NCBI GenBank assembly: GCA_965140445.1
Contig: OZ223236.1
Coordinates: 960,001-1,024,000 of the forward strand
Direction of reading: 5' to 3'
Origin: Candidatus Ozemobacteraceae bacterium
GTDB lineage: Bacteria; Muiribacteriota; Ozemobacteria; Ozemobacterales; Ozemobacteraceae
DNA: 64,000 nt
Below, piece by piece: positions 18,923 to 27,906 of the stretch (position 1 is the first letter of the stretch; the number at the start of each line of letters is the position of its first letter). The position numbers were made by a program, and so were the translations under genes. The notes below the pieces were generated by a model. The model saw nothing but the letters and a program-made list of their open reading frames with translations, was not told where the DNA came from and did no database searches.

Positions 18923-20146
18923 CTAGTTTTGGTCAGGTGCAGAAATTTCCGGAGCGAAAACTGGTTTAAAAGATTTTTCTGGTACCAATTCAAATTCCCC
19001 GTTACCTTTTTTAACAACTTTCCATTTTTTTGTTCTCGCAATAATTGGAAGACTCTCAACTTCAATTGAAACCAGACCTTTCCAGGCCAGTTCGCCAATC
19101 TCATAATTGTAAATTTCCTGCTCTTCCACATAACCTTCAAGCAAAGGGGACAGGTTTTTTCCTAATTGTCCACGAACCGATGGGTTTAACTTAAAGCCAA
19201 ATGGGTTCAAAAATAAAAATACGTGAATAATAGCTGTTAATGCAATAATCCCAGCAAGATGATAATTCAAGGAAAGAGGCTTTATTTCGGCGAAGCTTCT
19301 GAAAAGAATAATCATTCCCATCAGGATAAAAATGGGGGTGGTGCTGGGGTTAATTAAAGCCATAAAACCTGTGATGGCAAAGAAGAAAAGATTTGGCATG
19401 TCATCATGGGTTAATTTATTCAAAGTGATGAGATTAATTATAAGTATTATGCCAGATAGCAGGCTCAGGATTTTCATGTCCTGTGGTGGAATAAAATGCC
19501 ATGATAGGACCGAATCTGGAGAAACCGCAGCTGCGGCCCCTTCTGGGAAAAATAACAGGCCTGTTAAGGCACAAAGAACCAGACTAATCTGATAGTCTTT
19601 ATTCATAAAAGCATGGCAGGCAACCAACGCAACAAGCAGCCAGCTGTTTAGCCCAAAAGCACTAGCTGCTGCCGTTATGGGAATAAGTAAAATTCCAAAA
19701 TTATTTTTTAATCTGTTATTGTCTAAAATTGTTAGCAGGCCGGTGAGAAAAAATAGCTGTAAAAGCATTCTTAAGCTTAGAAATGCCTGCATGCTAAGAG
19801 CAAAAACTGCCAGGACTATAATTCCCGGAAGAACTTCTTTGCTTTTAAATACCCATAGGCATAAGAGGCTACACAGAAGAAAAAAACCGATGTGATATAT
19901 GGCTTTCAAACCAAGTAGAGATGCGCTGGAGTCGGCTATGTTTAAAGAGATGGTTTCTGGAAAGAAAACCCAACCTAAACTAAGGTCAAAGTCTCTTGCC
20001 ATTAAAAGATCCCAATAAGTTCCAGCTGGAAAGGGAGTGGATCTTGTGAAAAAGAATAATACCGCTATGGTAGCGATTAAGACGGCAATTCTATTCCACT
20101 CAACTGGTTTGGAAACCTTTGCTTTTTTCTTTGATGCAACGTACAT
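18923..20146 (-). CDS. Polytopic membrane protein of unknown function
   Basis: 407 aa with about 10 hydrophobic segments; RBS agga. Confidence 0.75.
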   Translation of the reverse strand: MYVASKKKAKVSKPVEWNRIAVLIATIAVLFFFTRSTPFPAGTYWDLLMARDFDLSLGWVFFPETISLNIADSSASLLGLKAIYHIGFFLLCSLLCLWVFKSKEVLPGIIVLAVFALSMQAFLSLRMLLQLFFLTGLLTILDNNRLKNNFGILLIPITAAASAFGLNSWLLVALVACHAFMNKDYQISLVLCALTGLLFFPEGAAAAVSPDSVLSWHFIPPQDMKILSLLSGIILIINLITLNKLTHDDMPNLFFFAITGFMALINPSTTPIFILMGMIILFRSFAEIKPLSLNYHLAGIIALTAIIHVFLFLNPFGFKLNPSVRGQLGKNLSPLLEGYVEEQEIYNYEIGELAWKGLVSIEVESLPIIARTKKWKVVKKGNGEFELVPEKSFKPVFAPEISAPDQN

Positions 20147-20208
20147 TAAAAATCCTGTTTAAATGATCTCTCTTACATTTTTAGCATATTTACAGGTTTG
20201 ATGATAAC

Positions 20209-20244
20209 AAAAAAAATCGCCCCTTGATTCAAGAGGCGATTTTT
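20209..20244 (-). terminator. Rho-independent terminator after the Mo-enzyme gene
   Basis: aaaaatcgcc..ggcgattttt hairpin with an 8-U tail on the minus strand. Confidence 0.8.
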
Positions 20245-20250
20245 AAGTTA

Positions 20251-22521
20251 CTAATCTATGTAATCAACCAGTTTTTCTGGCTTGATTGGAAGCTTTCTTA
20301 TGCGCTTTCCGGTGGCATTGTAAATAGCGTTGGCAATTGCCGGAGCAATTCCCATTAATGGAACTTCGCCGAAGCCTTTAGCTCCATAAGGCCCTTTGTC
20401 GTAGCCATGTTCAACTATTATTGGATCAAGCTCAGGGGTATCTTCAGTGGTAGGAAGTATATAGGTTGCAAAAGCATCGTTGAGCATTTTTCCTTTTTTA
20501 TCATGACGAATTTCTTCCATGATTGCATAACCCATACCTTGAAGAGTTCCACCTTCAATCTGGCCTTCAACCTGCTGCGGATTAATCGCTTTTCCCATGT
20601 CGTGAGCTGAAGTAATTCTGGTAACTTTAAATTCTCCGGTTTCCATGTCCACTTCAACTTCTGCGACGTTGGTGCAGTAGCTGTATACGAAGTAGGCGTT
20701 GCCCTGTCCTGTTTCCTGATCGTAGTCGGAATCTGGAGCGATAAACCAGCCAAAGGCACTTGGCATAAGTCTGTAGGCATACAATTTTGCCGCGAGTTCT
20801 TTAAAGCCGATTTTTTTGTCAGGGTTGCTCTTTAAAAAGGCAAAGCCGTCTATGAGTTCAACGTCTTCCGGGCTGGCGGCTTCGAGCATATCGCCAGCTA
20901 CATGCAGCAGTCGTGGACGAAGTTCAGCAGCAGCAATCATAAGAGAGTTTCCTGACATGAAAGTTGTGCGGCTGGCAACCGTTGGCCCTGAGTCAGGAAC
21001 CAGACTTGTATCAGTTTCAACAACGTTGACCAGTTCGTATGGAGCGCCAAGTGCATCAGCAGCTATTTGGGCCAAAACAGTTCTGGCTCCTTGTCCCATT
21101 TCCACATTACCTATTGCACAGTGAACTGACCCGTCTTTCATGATGGTCATGCTGGTTCCAACTCTATCAAGATGTTTTCCACCGGCACCGAGTCCGACAC
21201 CATAGTATATAGTTGAAATACCTATTCCAGTGCGGATATTACCTGTTCTGTCCTGGGGTTTTTGGTATTTCTGAGCCCAGTTGGCTTTTTCTACAGATTT
21301 ATCTATGGTTTCCATCAGTCCGCAAGATTGATCAATCAATTGGGCTGTGGCTGTTTTTGAACCAATTTTGTAACCATTGAGGCGTCGAATTTCTACAGGA
21401 TCAATTCCGAGCTCAATCGCAATCTCATCGATCATTGATTCACCTGCAAAGATAACCTGAGGAGAACCAAACCCACGGTAAGCTCCACATGGAACCTTGT
21501 TAGTGGCTACGCCGAAGGATCTTATATGGACATTGTCGCAATCGTATGGTCCAAGAGCATGAACGGTTCCACGCCATAGAACGATTGGAGTCAGTGTAGA
21601 ATAAGCTCCACCATCAACGTAATAATCAATTTCGGCGGCAAGAATTTTACCTTTTGTGTCTGTTCCGACCTTCATTTTTATCAGGCCAGGATGTCTTTTA
21701 GAGCTTGCGATAATATCTTCTTCGCGTTTGTAAATCAGTTTAACCGGTTTTCTGAGAACCTTGGCTACTATGGCTGCGTGACCGGCAACCACAGATGGGA
21801 AATCCTCTTTCCCGCCAAATCCGCCGCCGGTTGTTGTCTGGATTACTCTAACCATATTGCCGTCAATGCCAATTGCTTTGCCGATGGCATCATGAACATA
21901 GAAAGGGCACTGCATTGTGCCATAAACTGTCATGGAATCTTCAAGGCCAGGAACTGCTATTATCCCATTGGTTTCAAGATAGGCGTGTTCCTGATATGGA
22001 GTTTCATATTCCTGCTCGAATATATGGTCAGCTTTTGCCATTGCTTCACTGGCATTTCCTTTTTTTACTGTATAGCGTGAAAAAAGGTTGTCGTTTTTGT
22101 GAAGTTTTGGAGCATCTGCTTTAAGAGCATCTTGAATTGTGAGAACGGGTTCTAACTCTTCAATGTTAAGCTTTACTTTTTCGGCAGCGGCAACAGCTTG
22201 TTCATAAGTGTCTGCTGCAACCAGAGCAACTGGTTCACCATAAAACTTAACAAACCCTTCTGCAAGAAATGGCTCGTCATCAAACACTAATGGCACAGAG
22301 TTTACGCCAGGTATATCTTCGTAGGTGACAACAGCTTTAACGCCAGGCATTTTTAAAGCTTCTGTTTTATCGACAGAAATCAGCTTTCCGTATGCTATTG
22401 GAGACCTTACTGTGGTCACATGAATAATGTCAGAATAACTATAATCGTCAATATATTTGGCAATGCCGCGCACCTTATCCCAAGCGTCTTTACGCGGGAC
22501 AGACTTTCCTACTGCAGGCAT
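20251..22521 (-). CDS. Xanthine dehydrogenase/aldehyde oxidoreductase family, molybdopterin-binding large subunit
   Basis: QEHAYLE, GGGFGGK, GAYRGFG, VEMGQG, EGQIEGG, AKGFGE motifs. Confidence 0.93.
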   Translation of the reverse strand: MPAVGKSVPRKDAWDKVRGIAKYIDDYSYSDIIHVTTVRSPIAYGKLISVDKTEALKMPGVKAVVTYEDIPGVNSVPLVFDDEPFLAEGFVKFYGEPVALVAADTYEQAVAAAEKVKLNIEELEPVLTIQDALKADAPKLHKNDNLFSRYTVKKGNASEAMAKADHIFEQEYETPYQEHAYLETNGIIAVPGLEDSMTVYGTMQCPFYVHDAIGKAIGIDGNMVRVIQTTTGGGFGGKEDFPSVVAGHAAIVAKVLRKPVKLIYKREEDIIASSKRHPGLIKMKVGTDTKGKILAAEIDYYVDGGAYSTLTPIVLWRGTVHALGPYDCDNVHIRSFGVATNKVPCGAYRGFGSPQVIFAGESMIDEIAIELGIDPVEIRRLNGYKIGSKTATAQLIDQSCGLMETIDKSVEKANWAQKYQKPQDRTGNIRTGIGISTIYYGVGLGAGGKHLDRVGTSMTIMKDGSVHCAIGNVEMGQGARTVLAQIAADALGAPYELVNVVETDTSLVPDSGPTVASRTTFMSGNSLMIAAAELRPRLLHVAGDMLEAASPEDVELIDGFAFLKSNPDKKIGFKELAAKLYAYRLMPSAFGWFIAPDSDYDQETGQGNAYFVYSYCTNVAEVEVDMETGEFKVTRITSAHDMGKAINPQQVEGQIEGGTLQGMGYAIMEEIRHDKKGKMLNDAFATYILPTTEDTPELDPIIVEHGYDKGPYGAKGFGEVPLMGIAPAIANAIYNATGKRIRKLPIKPEKLVDYID

Positions 22522-22622
22522 AATTGACCTCCTTTTGAGTCCAACAATTTACTTTTTTTCAGTCTAGCATAATGGAAGACTGCTATGCTATTGCTTTGTG
22601 ACAGCCCTTATAGGGAGCTGTT

Positions 22623-22751
22623 TTACCAACCAAGACCAAATTTAAGCCCTGCAATAACTACGATAACTACAACAAAAAATACCATTTTTTGCTTAGTTTC
22701 TCCTGCCGGATCATATTTTGGGCCTTGTTGATTGTTTTCATTGTTTTCCAT
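22623..22751 (-). CDS. Small 42-aa membrane protein (not in the ORF track)
   Basis: aagga RBS; MENNENNQQGPKYDPAGETKQKMVFFVVVIVVIAGLKFGLGW*; single C-terminal TM helix. Confidence 0.65.
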   Translation of the reverse strand: MENNENNQQGPKYDPAGETKQKMVFFVVVIVVIAGLKFGLGW

Positions 22752-23179
22752 TTTCTAATTTCCTTGCTGTGATTTCAGGTTTAATATTTGCATTAACCAA
22801 AATAATGGAATTGCCCTGAAAGTATCTCAGAATACTAACATGCTGCTGATTTTACTTCAACCTTGGTACTCGGTTGATTTGTTTGAGCAGGGAACAGCTG
22901 ATTTGTGTAATTGGAGTTCCAAAAAAAACTGTGGTAGAAGTTATTGTGTGAAAGGATTTAAAAGGGCATTGAGTCGGTTGAGATTATTTTGTGTTAGCAT
23001 TGGAGAATTGGCAGGGGTACAAAACCGTCAGTCTTTAGCACCGGCAGAATTGATAGACATTTTTACCTAAGCGGCCATGGATAGAGCCAGCAAACCGCAA
23101 TTTTAATAAAAGCATAATTTATAGTTTGGATTTTTGCTTTGGATATCGAACCAAATATTTGGTAAATTTTGAAAAATAA

Positions 23180-24046
23180 CTAGAAAAGGAATGAGTCTAT
23201 AGCTTCCTTTTCAGTTAACTTTCTCCCATCATTTTTTACATTCCAAATTAGACATGCATTTTTTAAGAAACCCTTTTTTTTAAAAAGGCTGAGCGATGCT
23301 ATTACATCCTTTTCCCATTGCATATTCTGCCGAAACATGTAAAATTCTTTTTCATGTTTCTCTTGGAAGTAACTAACCAACAATATACTTTTGCCAGTTT
23401 TTCTATTTAACAGGTGGGTGTTAAAAAATGCTGCCAACTGTTTTGCTTCTTTGCTCTTATCTATACTATCTTTAGTAAATATTTCAAAAAATACAAATAC
23501 ATCTGGTTTTTTCCATGGATAATTCTTTTTGTTTACCAATTTCTCCAGAAGTATTCCTAAAGAAATTTCCTCAAGATTTAGAAGATTAATTTTCTCATCT
23601 TTTAAGCGAATAAAATCAAAATTGTCTCTAAAACCATAGTTATTCTTTTTACAATACTCAGTAAAATCTTTAACATCATTAATATAATTCACTCTTCTTT
23701 CAGAAGCCATAATAGATGGCAAGCGATCTGAAAAGGTGCTAATTTTTTGTCCAGACTTGTAGTTCTTTATTGGTCCACCGTTAACCCAAAAACGAATTTG
23801 TGGGTCAAATTTGGCAATTCCCCATGCTTGAAAGTAAGTTCCACCGGGTATGCGTCCTGCGATTAATTTTTCAATTTCAAACTCCTGAGCATATTTTTGC
23901 TTTAAGTAATTCTTCATCTGTTTTTTGACGTTGGTTTGAACATCATTCTTTGCAAAATACCCATTGGAGACTATACCAATAAAAATCAAAAATAGTATAT
24001 AGAAAACATCTTTCCCAATTGGTGAAAAGTGTCTAGATTTTGTCAT
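23180..24046 (-). CDS. Membrane-anchored hypothetical protein, paralog of 24444-25349
   Basis: N-terminal TM, then 'YLKQKY..EF.IE...DPQIRF'; ggag RBS. Confidence 0.75.
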   Translation of the reverse strand: MTKSRHFSPIGKDVFYILFLIFIGIVSNGYFAKNDVQTNVKKQMKNYLKQKYAQEFEIEKLIAGRIPGGTYFQAWGIAKFDPQIRFWVNGGPIKNYKSGQKISTFSDRLPSIMASERRVNYINDVKDFTEYCKKNNYGFRDNFDFIRLKDEKINLLNLEEISLGILLEKLVNKKNYPWKKPDVFVFFEIFTKDSIDKSKEAKQLAAFFNTHLLNRKTGKSILLVSYFQEKHEKEFYMFRQNMQWEKDVIASLSLFKKKGFLKNACLIWNVKNDGRKLTEKEAIDSFLF

Positions 24047-24099
24047 CGAGTTGCAGTCTCCTAGTCTATTTAATTTTTAAACCAATTGTAGTACATTGT

Positions 24100-24393
24100 T
24101 TAATCTCTGTGTACATTTGCTTTAGCTTCCGGTTTTCTTCTTCCAGTTCTTTAAGCCGTCTAATATCTGAGGCTTCCATTCCTCCATATTTACTTTTCCA
24201 GTTATAGTAAGTTGCGGGTATAGCCATGTTCGCGGCTTACTTCTTTTCCCGAGCGACCGCCTGCAACTTCATTCAAAATCTTAAAAATCTGGTGTTCACT
24301 GAATTTTGTTTTTCGCATACATACTTCTCCTATATCTTACAAATATGAAGAATTTTCGTTTTTCCAATGGTCCTATTTTATGGGATAAATACA
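24100..24393 (-). mobile_element. IS3-family (IS407-group-like) remnant: left end and frameshifted OrfA
   Basis: TGTATTTATCCCATAAAATAGGACCA end; MRKTKFSEHQIFKILNEVAGGRSGKEVSREHG / PATYYNWKSKYGGMEASDIRRLKELEEENRKLKQMY in two frames; no OrfB. Confidence 0.85.
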
Positions 24394-24443
24394 CTTCCAT
24401 TTCGTATTGATTATACATTGAATTTTTCCTTCAAAAGATGTTG

Positions 24444-25349
24444 TTAAAAAAATTGCGACTTAAGGATTAAATCTTTGGTAAGGGTATTGCCGCTATTTTC
24501 AAAACTAAACAACAAAAACGAGTGTAATAAATACCCCTTTTTATTGCAATTTTCTAATTTTTCTCTGTAATTTAACACTTCACCTTTGGGACCAATTTGT
24601 TCTAGATATGGTATCTCTACTTTTCTATCCTGATAATTCACACATACAATGTACCGAGAAAACTTGTTTTTTCTAAAAAATTGATTCAAAACTTTTGCTA
24701 ACTTACCTGCTTCAATTGCCCTCTGAAATTTTTTTCTATCGATTCTGATTTTAATAAAAATACACGCATCCGGTGCTGAACCAACTGGTTTAAATTCGGC
24801 GCGAATTTTATCAAGATTTAGTTCTTTGTATTCTTTATTAGTACCATTAATAAAAATAATAAAAATAGATGTCGAAGAAAACCCAGCTTCCAACAGTAGT
24901 TTTTCTAGATTCTCGGATCGTATTTTTCTATTAATAGACATGAAATCATCGCTTATAGCTTCTTTATCTTTGATTTTATAGTCGTCTTTGCTGAACATAT
25001 AAAATTCTGATTTAATTCTGAACCTCATCTGTGGATCGGTTTCTGGAGAAGCATATGCTCTATAACCAACGCCCCACATATCTCCAATGAGAAAAGGCCT
25101 TTCAACAATAAATTTTCGTTGATATTTTTGGGTTAAATAAACCTCGAACTCCTTTTTCACCTTTGTATTTTTCCAGGATAATTCGGATCGAAGATATGAT
25201 TGATAGTAAATGTAATAAATAAAAGGAAAGTTAGATTTTAATCTTGGACGCAGTCGTTCTGAAACAAATTTTGGCGTGCACCACCAAAAAAACGTAAATA
25301 TGAGAAAAAGCCCTAAAGCTATCGCGTACATTTTTTTTATGGTTTTCAT
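24444..25349 (-). CDS. Membrane-anchored hypothetical protein, paralog of 23180-24046
   Basis: N-terminal TM, then 'YLTQKY.RKF.VE...DPQMRF'. Confidence 0.75.
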   Translation of the reverse strand: MKTIKKMYAIALGLFLIFTFFWWCTPKFVSERLRPRLKSNFPFIYYIYYQSYLRSELSWKNTKVKKEFEVYLTQKYQRKFIVERPFLIGDMWGVGYRAYASPETDPQMRFRIKSEFYMFSKDDYKIKDKEAISDDFMSINRKIRSENLEKLLLEAGFSSTSIFIIFINGTNKEYKELNLDKIRAEFKPVGSAPDACIFIKIRIDRKKFQRAIEAGKLAKVLNQFFRKNKFSRYIVCVNYQDRKVEIPYLEQIGPKGEVLNYREKLENCNKKGYLLHSFLLFSFENSGNTLTKDLILKSQFF

Positions 25350-25647
25350 AGACGTTCCCTAGTGTGTTCAAATAAGATTAAAAAATCTAAAATCCAAGAA
25401 TTTTACATAATTTGATTTGACTAAGGTGTTTTGTGTGAATTAACCCTGCAAAAATTTGCCCCGGCACACCAAAGCAAAAAAGGAGTAAGCTTATTCTTAG
25501 ATACTAGGAAACTAGACAATATTTTACACAACCTTTTCTCTAATGTAAAATAACAATAAAACCCTTTGTTATTCTTGGAGAAATAAAATAGTTTACTTGC
25601 TGTGTCAAGTTTTATGTTTTTTGCAACTCAAAAGGTCCTACTTTTGC

Positions 25648-26004
25648 TTAAGCGCTCAATAAACTCCATCTTTCTTTTGCCTGTTTTTTGTGCCAATCTT
25701 TTTTTTATTTGATTGGTGGTTCGCCTATGAAACGAAAAAAGCTGATAAAGCATTCTCGGGCTTTTGGTCCAAACATGTTAATGAATGGAATAAAAGTGGG
25801 TTAAGTCAGGCAGAATACTGCCGCAGGAAAGATCAGTGCAAGCGCTTTTGATCACCAAAAGAGTATTTTAGAGTATTGCTTAAAAAATTCCTGAACTAAA
25901 AACAGAAAAAGATTTCAAGCAATACATCCCTCAGAACATTGATAAATTAATCATTCAAGCAGAGAAAGAAAAATACTTTTAAAGGTGGTTTATTGAGCGC
26001 TTGC
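25648..26004 (+). mobile_element. Internally deleted IS66-family element (MITE-like relic)
   Basis: Terminal IRs (tt/gc)AAGCGCTCAATAAAC; TnpA fragment 'FWSKHVNEWNKSGLSQAEYCRRK' joined to a TnpC-like C-terminal fragment 'PKEYFRVLLKK/IPELKTEKDFKQYIPQNI'. Confidence 0.8.
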
Positions 26005-26412
26005 TTCTCTTCCATAATCTTGAAGTTGTTCTCTTAATCAACTTAAAAAAGCCAAATTTTGGATTTACTACAATTTTTCAAACTAGCTCCTTACTAACGC
26101 AGAAAATCGCTTCATCTCTAATTTGTGACAGCTTGATGCTGATCGCTTTCAATTATATTGGCTTTAACATTGATTGTTTTCGGAAAGAATTGATTAGTTT
26201 TGGATTGCATGCAGTTAGAGCTTCAAATTTGAATATAATAGGACAAGGCTCAACATTATTAGATAAAATTCATTGCTTTAATTATGGAATTTCTTATGTG
26301 ATCAAAGCTTTCTAGAATTTTGGCAACTTTAAAATTTTGGACACTGTTGCTTGAAGTTATGGATTTTATGGGTATTGAAAGAATCAATAATAAATAGTAA
26401 GGAGAAGTTATT

Positions 26413-26817
26413 ATGTTAGCAAAATGTTTATGTGGGCAATTGCAGGTAGAAGTAAATTATGAGATAAAAAAAACTTCTATCTGTCATTGCGTGGCCTGTC
26501 AGCGTAGAACAGGGAGCGCTTTTGGTTTTCAAGCAGCGGTCCCAAAAGCAAAAATTAAGGTTGTTGGTGATTACTCAACATATCGAAGAGTTCCTGAAGA
26601 AGGAGGATGGGTTGATTCACACTTTTGTGCAACTTGCGGTTCAACCGTTTTCTATGAGATTGATGATTTTCCAAATGATATGGGGATTGCTCTGGGAACA
26701 CTGGCTGACTATGACTTCTCTTTTAAAGAATTACCGGCACCCTGTTTTTCTGTTTACAAAGATCATAAGCTTAAATGGGTTGAGATTCCTCCTTCAGTGA
26801 CTGAAGACTGGGACTAA
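26413..26817 (+). CDS. GFA family Zn-binding protein (glutathione-dependent formaldehyde-activating-like)
   Basis: CLCG, CHCVACQRRTG, FCATCGS motifs; aaggag RBS. Confidence 0.92.
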   Translation: MLAKCLCGQLQVEVNYEIKKTSICHCVACQRRTGSAFGFQAAVPKAKIKVVGDYSTYRRVPEEGGWVDSHFCATCGSTVFYEIDDFPNDMGIALGTLADYDFSFKELPAPCFSVYKDHKLKWVEIPPSVTEDWD

Positions 26818-26886
26818 ATTTCTTAAAAAGTAGTCTTTGATGAATGAAATAACACTAAGAAGTAATTTATCTATGGAGGTTTCAAA

Positions 26887-27393
26887 ATGAATGCACCTGT
26901 GTTAGCCAATTTTGATTTTGCAAAGCTTTGGGATGCTATGGAGGCAAAACGAAAACAGAAGAATTTTACCGAAAGACAAATGATGGATGATCTCAATGTC
27001 GTAAACAATCAGGCTCATCTCAGTCCCATTAGTCTTGCTACTTTGAAGGGAATAATGGAAAGGAATACTACTACTTGCCAACACGCACTTCACATGTGCC
27101 GGTGGGTTAACAAAACTCTTGAGAGTTTCCTTGAAGGCAAAGAAGAATCAGAACCGCTTCCGTTTTCTTCCGAAGGGCGACTTTACTGGAGCATGCCCAA
27201 ACTTGCAGATGCTTTGAAAACTTATAAAGACCAAAGAGGAATCAGTTGGAAAGAATTGGCCCAGGAATTAGATTGCTCCCCAGGTCAGTTGAGCGGATTG
27301 CATAAAGCTACTTATGGAATAAACATTCATCTTGCAATGAGAATTACTCAGTTAATAGGCCGAAAATCGGTTGATTTTATAAGAGTAATTTAG
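26887..27393 (+). CDS. Protein with two tandem XRE-like HTH domains
   Basis: Internal duplication: FDFAKLWDAMEAKRKQK.. and WSMPKLADALKTYKDQRGISWKELAQEL..; ggaggt RBS. Confidence 0.7.
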   Translation: MNAPVLANFDFAKLWDAMEAKRKQKNFTERQMMDDLNVVNNQAHLSPISLATLKGIMERNTTTCQHALHMCRWVNKTLESFLEGKEESEPLPFSSEGRLYWSMPKLADALKTYKDQRGISWKELAQELDCSPGQLSGLHKATYGINIHLAMRITQLIGRKSVDFIRVI

Positions 27394-27712
27394 CTCAGAA
27401 ATAAATGCTCCGCAAAGTAGAAAGTTCCGGGATAGTCTGCAAGTTTTTTTTTGTTGAAAATATAACCTGGGATATGACGATTAAGTAACACTCATTTTAG
27501 AACGAATCGAACTAAAATTTTGAAGTGGAACTTTTTTTAAGGTTTTGTAAAATTGGTCTTTTAAAGATGCGGGGCCAAAGTCTCCGAAGTTTTGAGTGCT
27601 GAAGCTTAAAGCGGAGGAGAAAAATGACCCGCATGAATAAGAATATAGTTTTTACAGAAGTTTGTGACCAGCTAAACTTAGAAGGATTTAACGGGATTGC
27701 TGGGTTTACAAC

Positions 27713-27864
27713 GAATGTGCCGCGACACCTTGGCTCCCGGGGGGATTTAGAAACTGTCAGATAAAAGCTTAGAGCAGTGATTTCATCTTTAAAATCACCG
27801 CTCTAAGAGTAAAACTTGCCTGTTTTTAGCGCTGTTATTATTTGTTAATCAAGCTTTTCGCTGG
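27713..27864. repeat. Degenerate dispersed repeat, copy 1 (REP/MITE-like)
   Basis: gaatgtgccgcgacacc, tggctcccgg and cttttcgctgg blocks recur in the same order at 28776-28892. Confidence 0.75.
27769..27806. repeat. 15-bp inverted repeat with TA ends
   Basis: ttagagcagtgattt-8 nt-aaatcaccgctctaa (one mismatch). Confidence 0.8.
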
Positions 27865-27869
27865 TCCGA

Positions 27870-27906
27870 CCCTCTTACCCTCCCTCTTACCCTTACCCTC
27901 TTACCC
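27870..27906 (-). repeat. GGG-tract tandem repeat (six G3 runs on the minus strand)
   Basis: Plus strand ccc tctta ccc t ccc tctta ccc tta ccc tctta ccc. Confidence 0.85.

Noticed and set aside
23000..23100. GC-richer patch containing gcggccatggatagagcc
   Set aside because: It faintly resembles a REP-like palindrome, but no second copy or convincing fold was found.
26001..26315. 104-aa ORF after the IS66 relic
   Set aside because: It starts inside the IS terminal repeat, has no RBS and shows no recognisable motifs.
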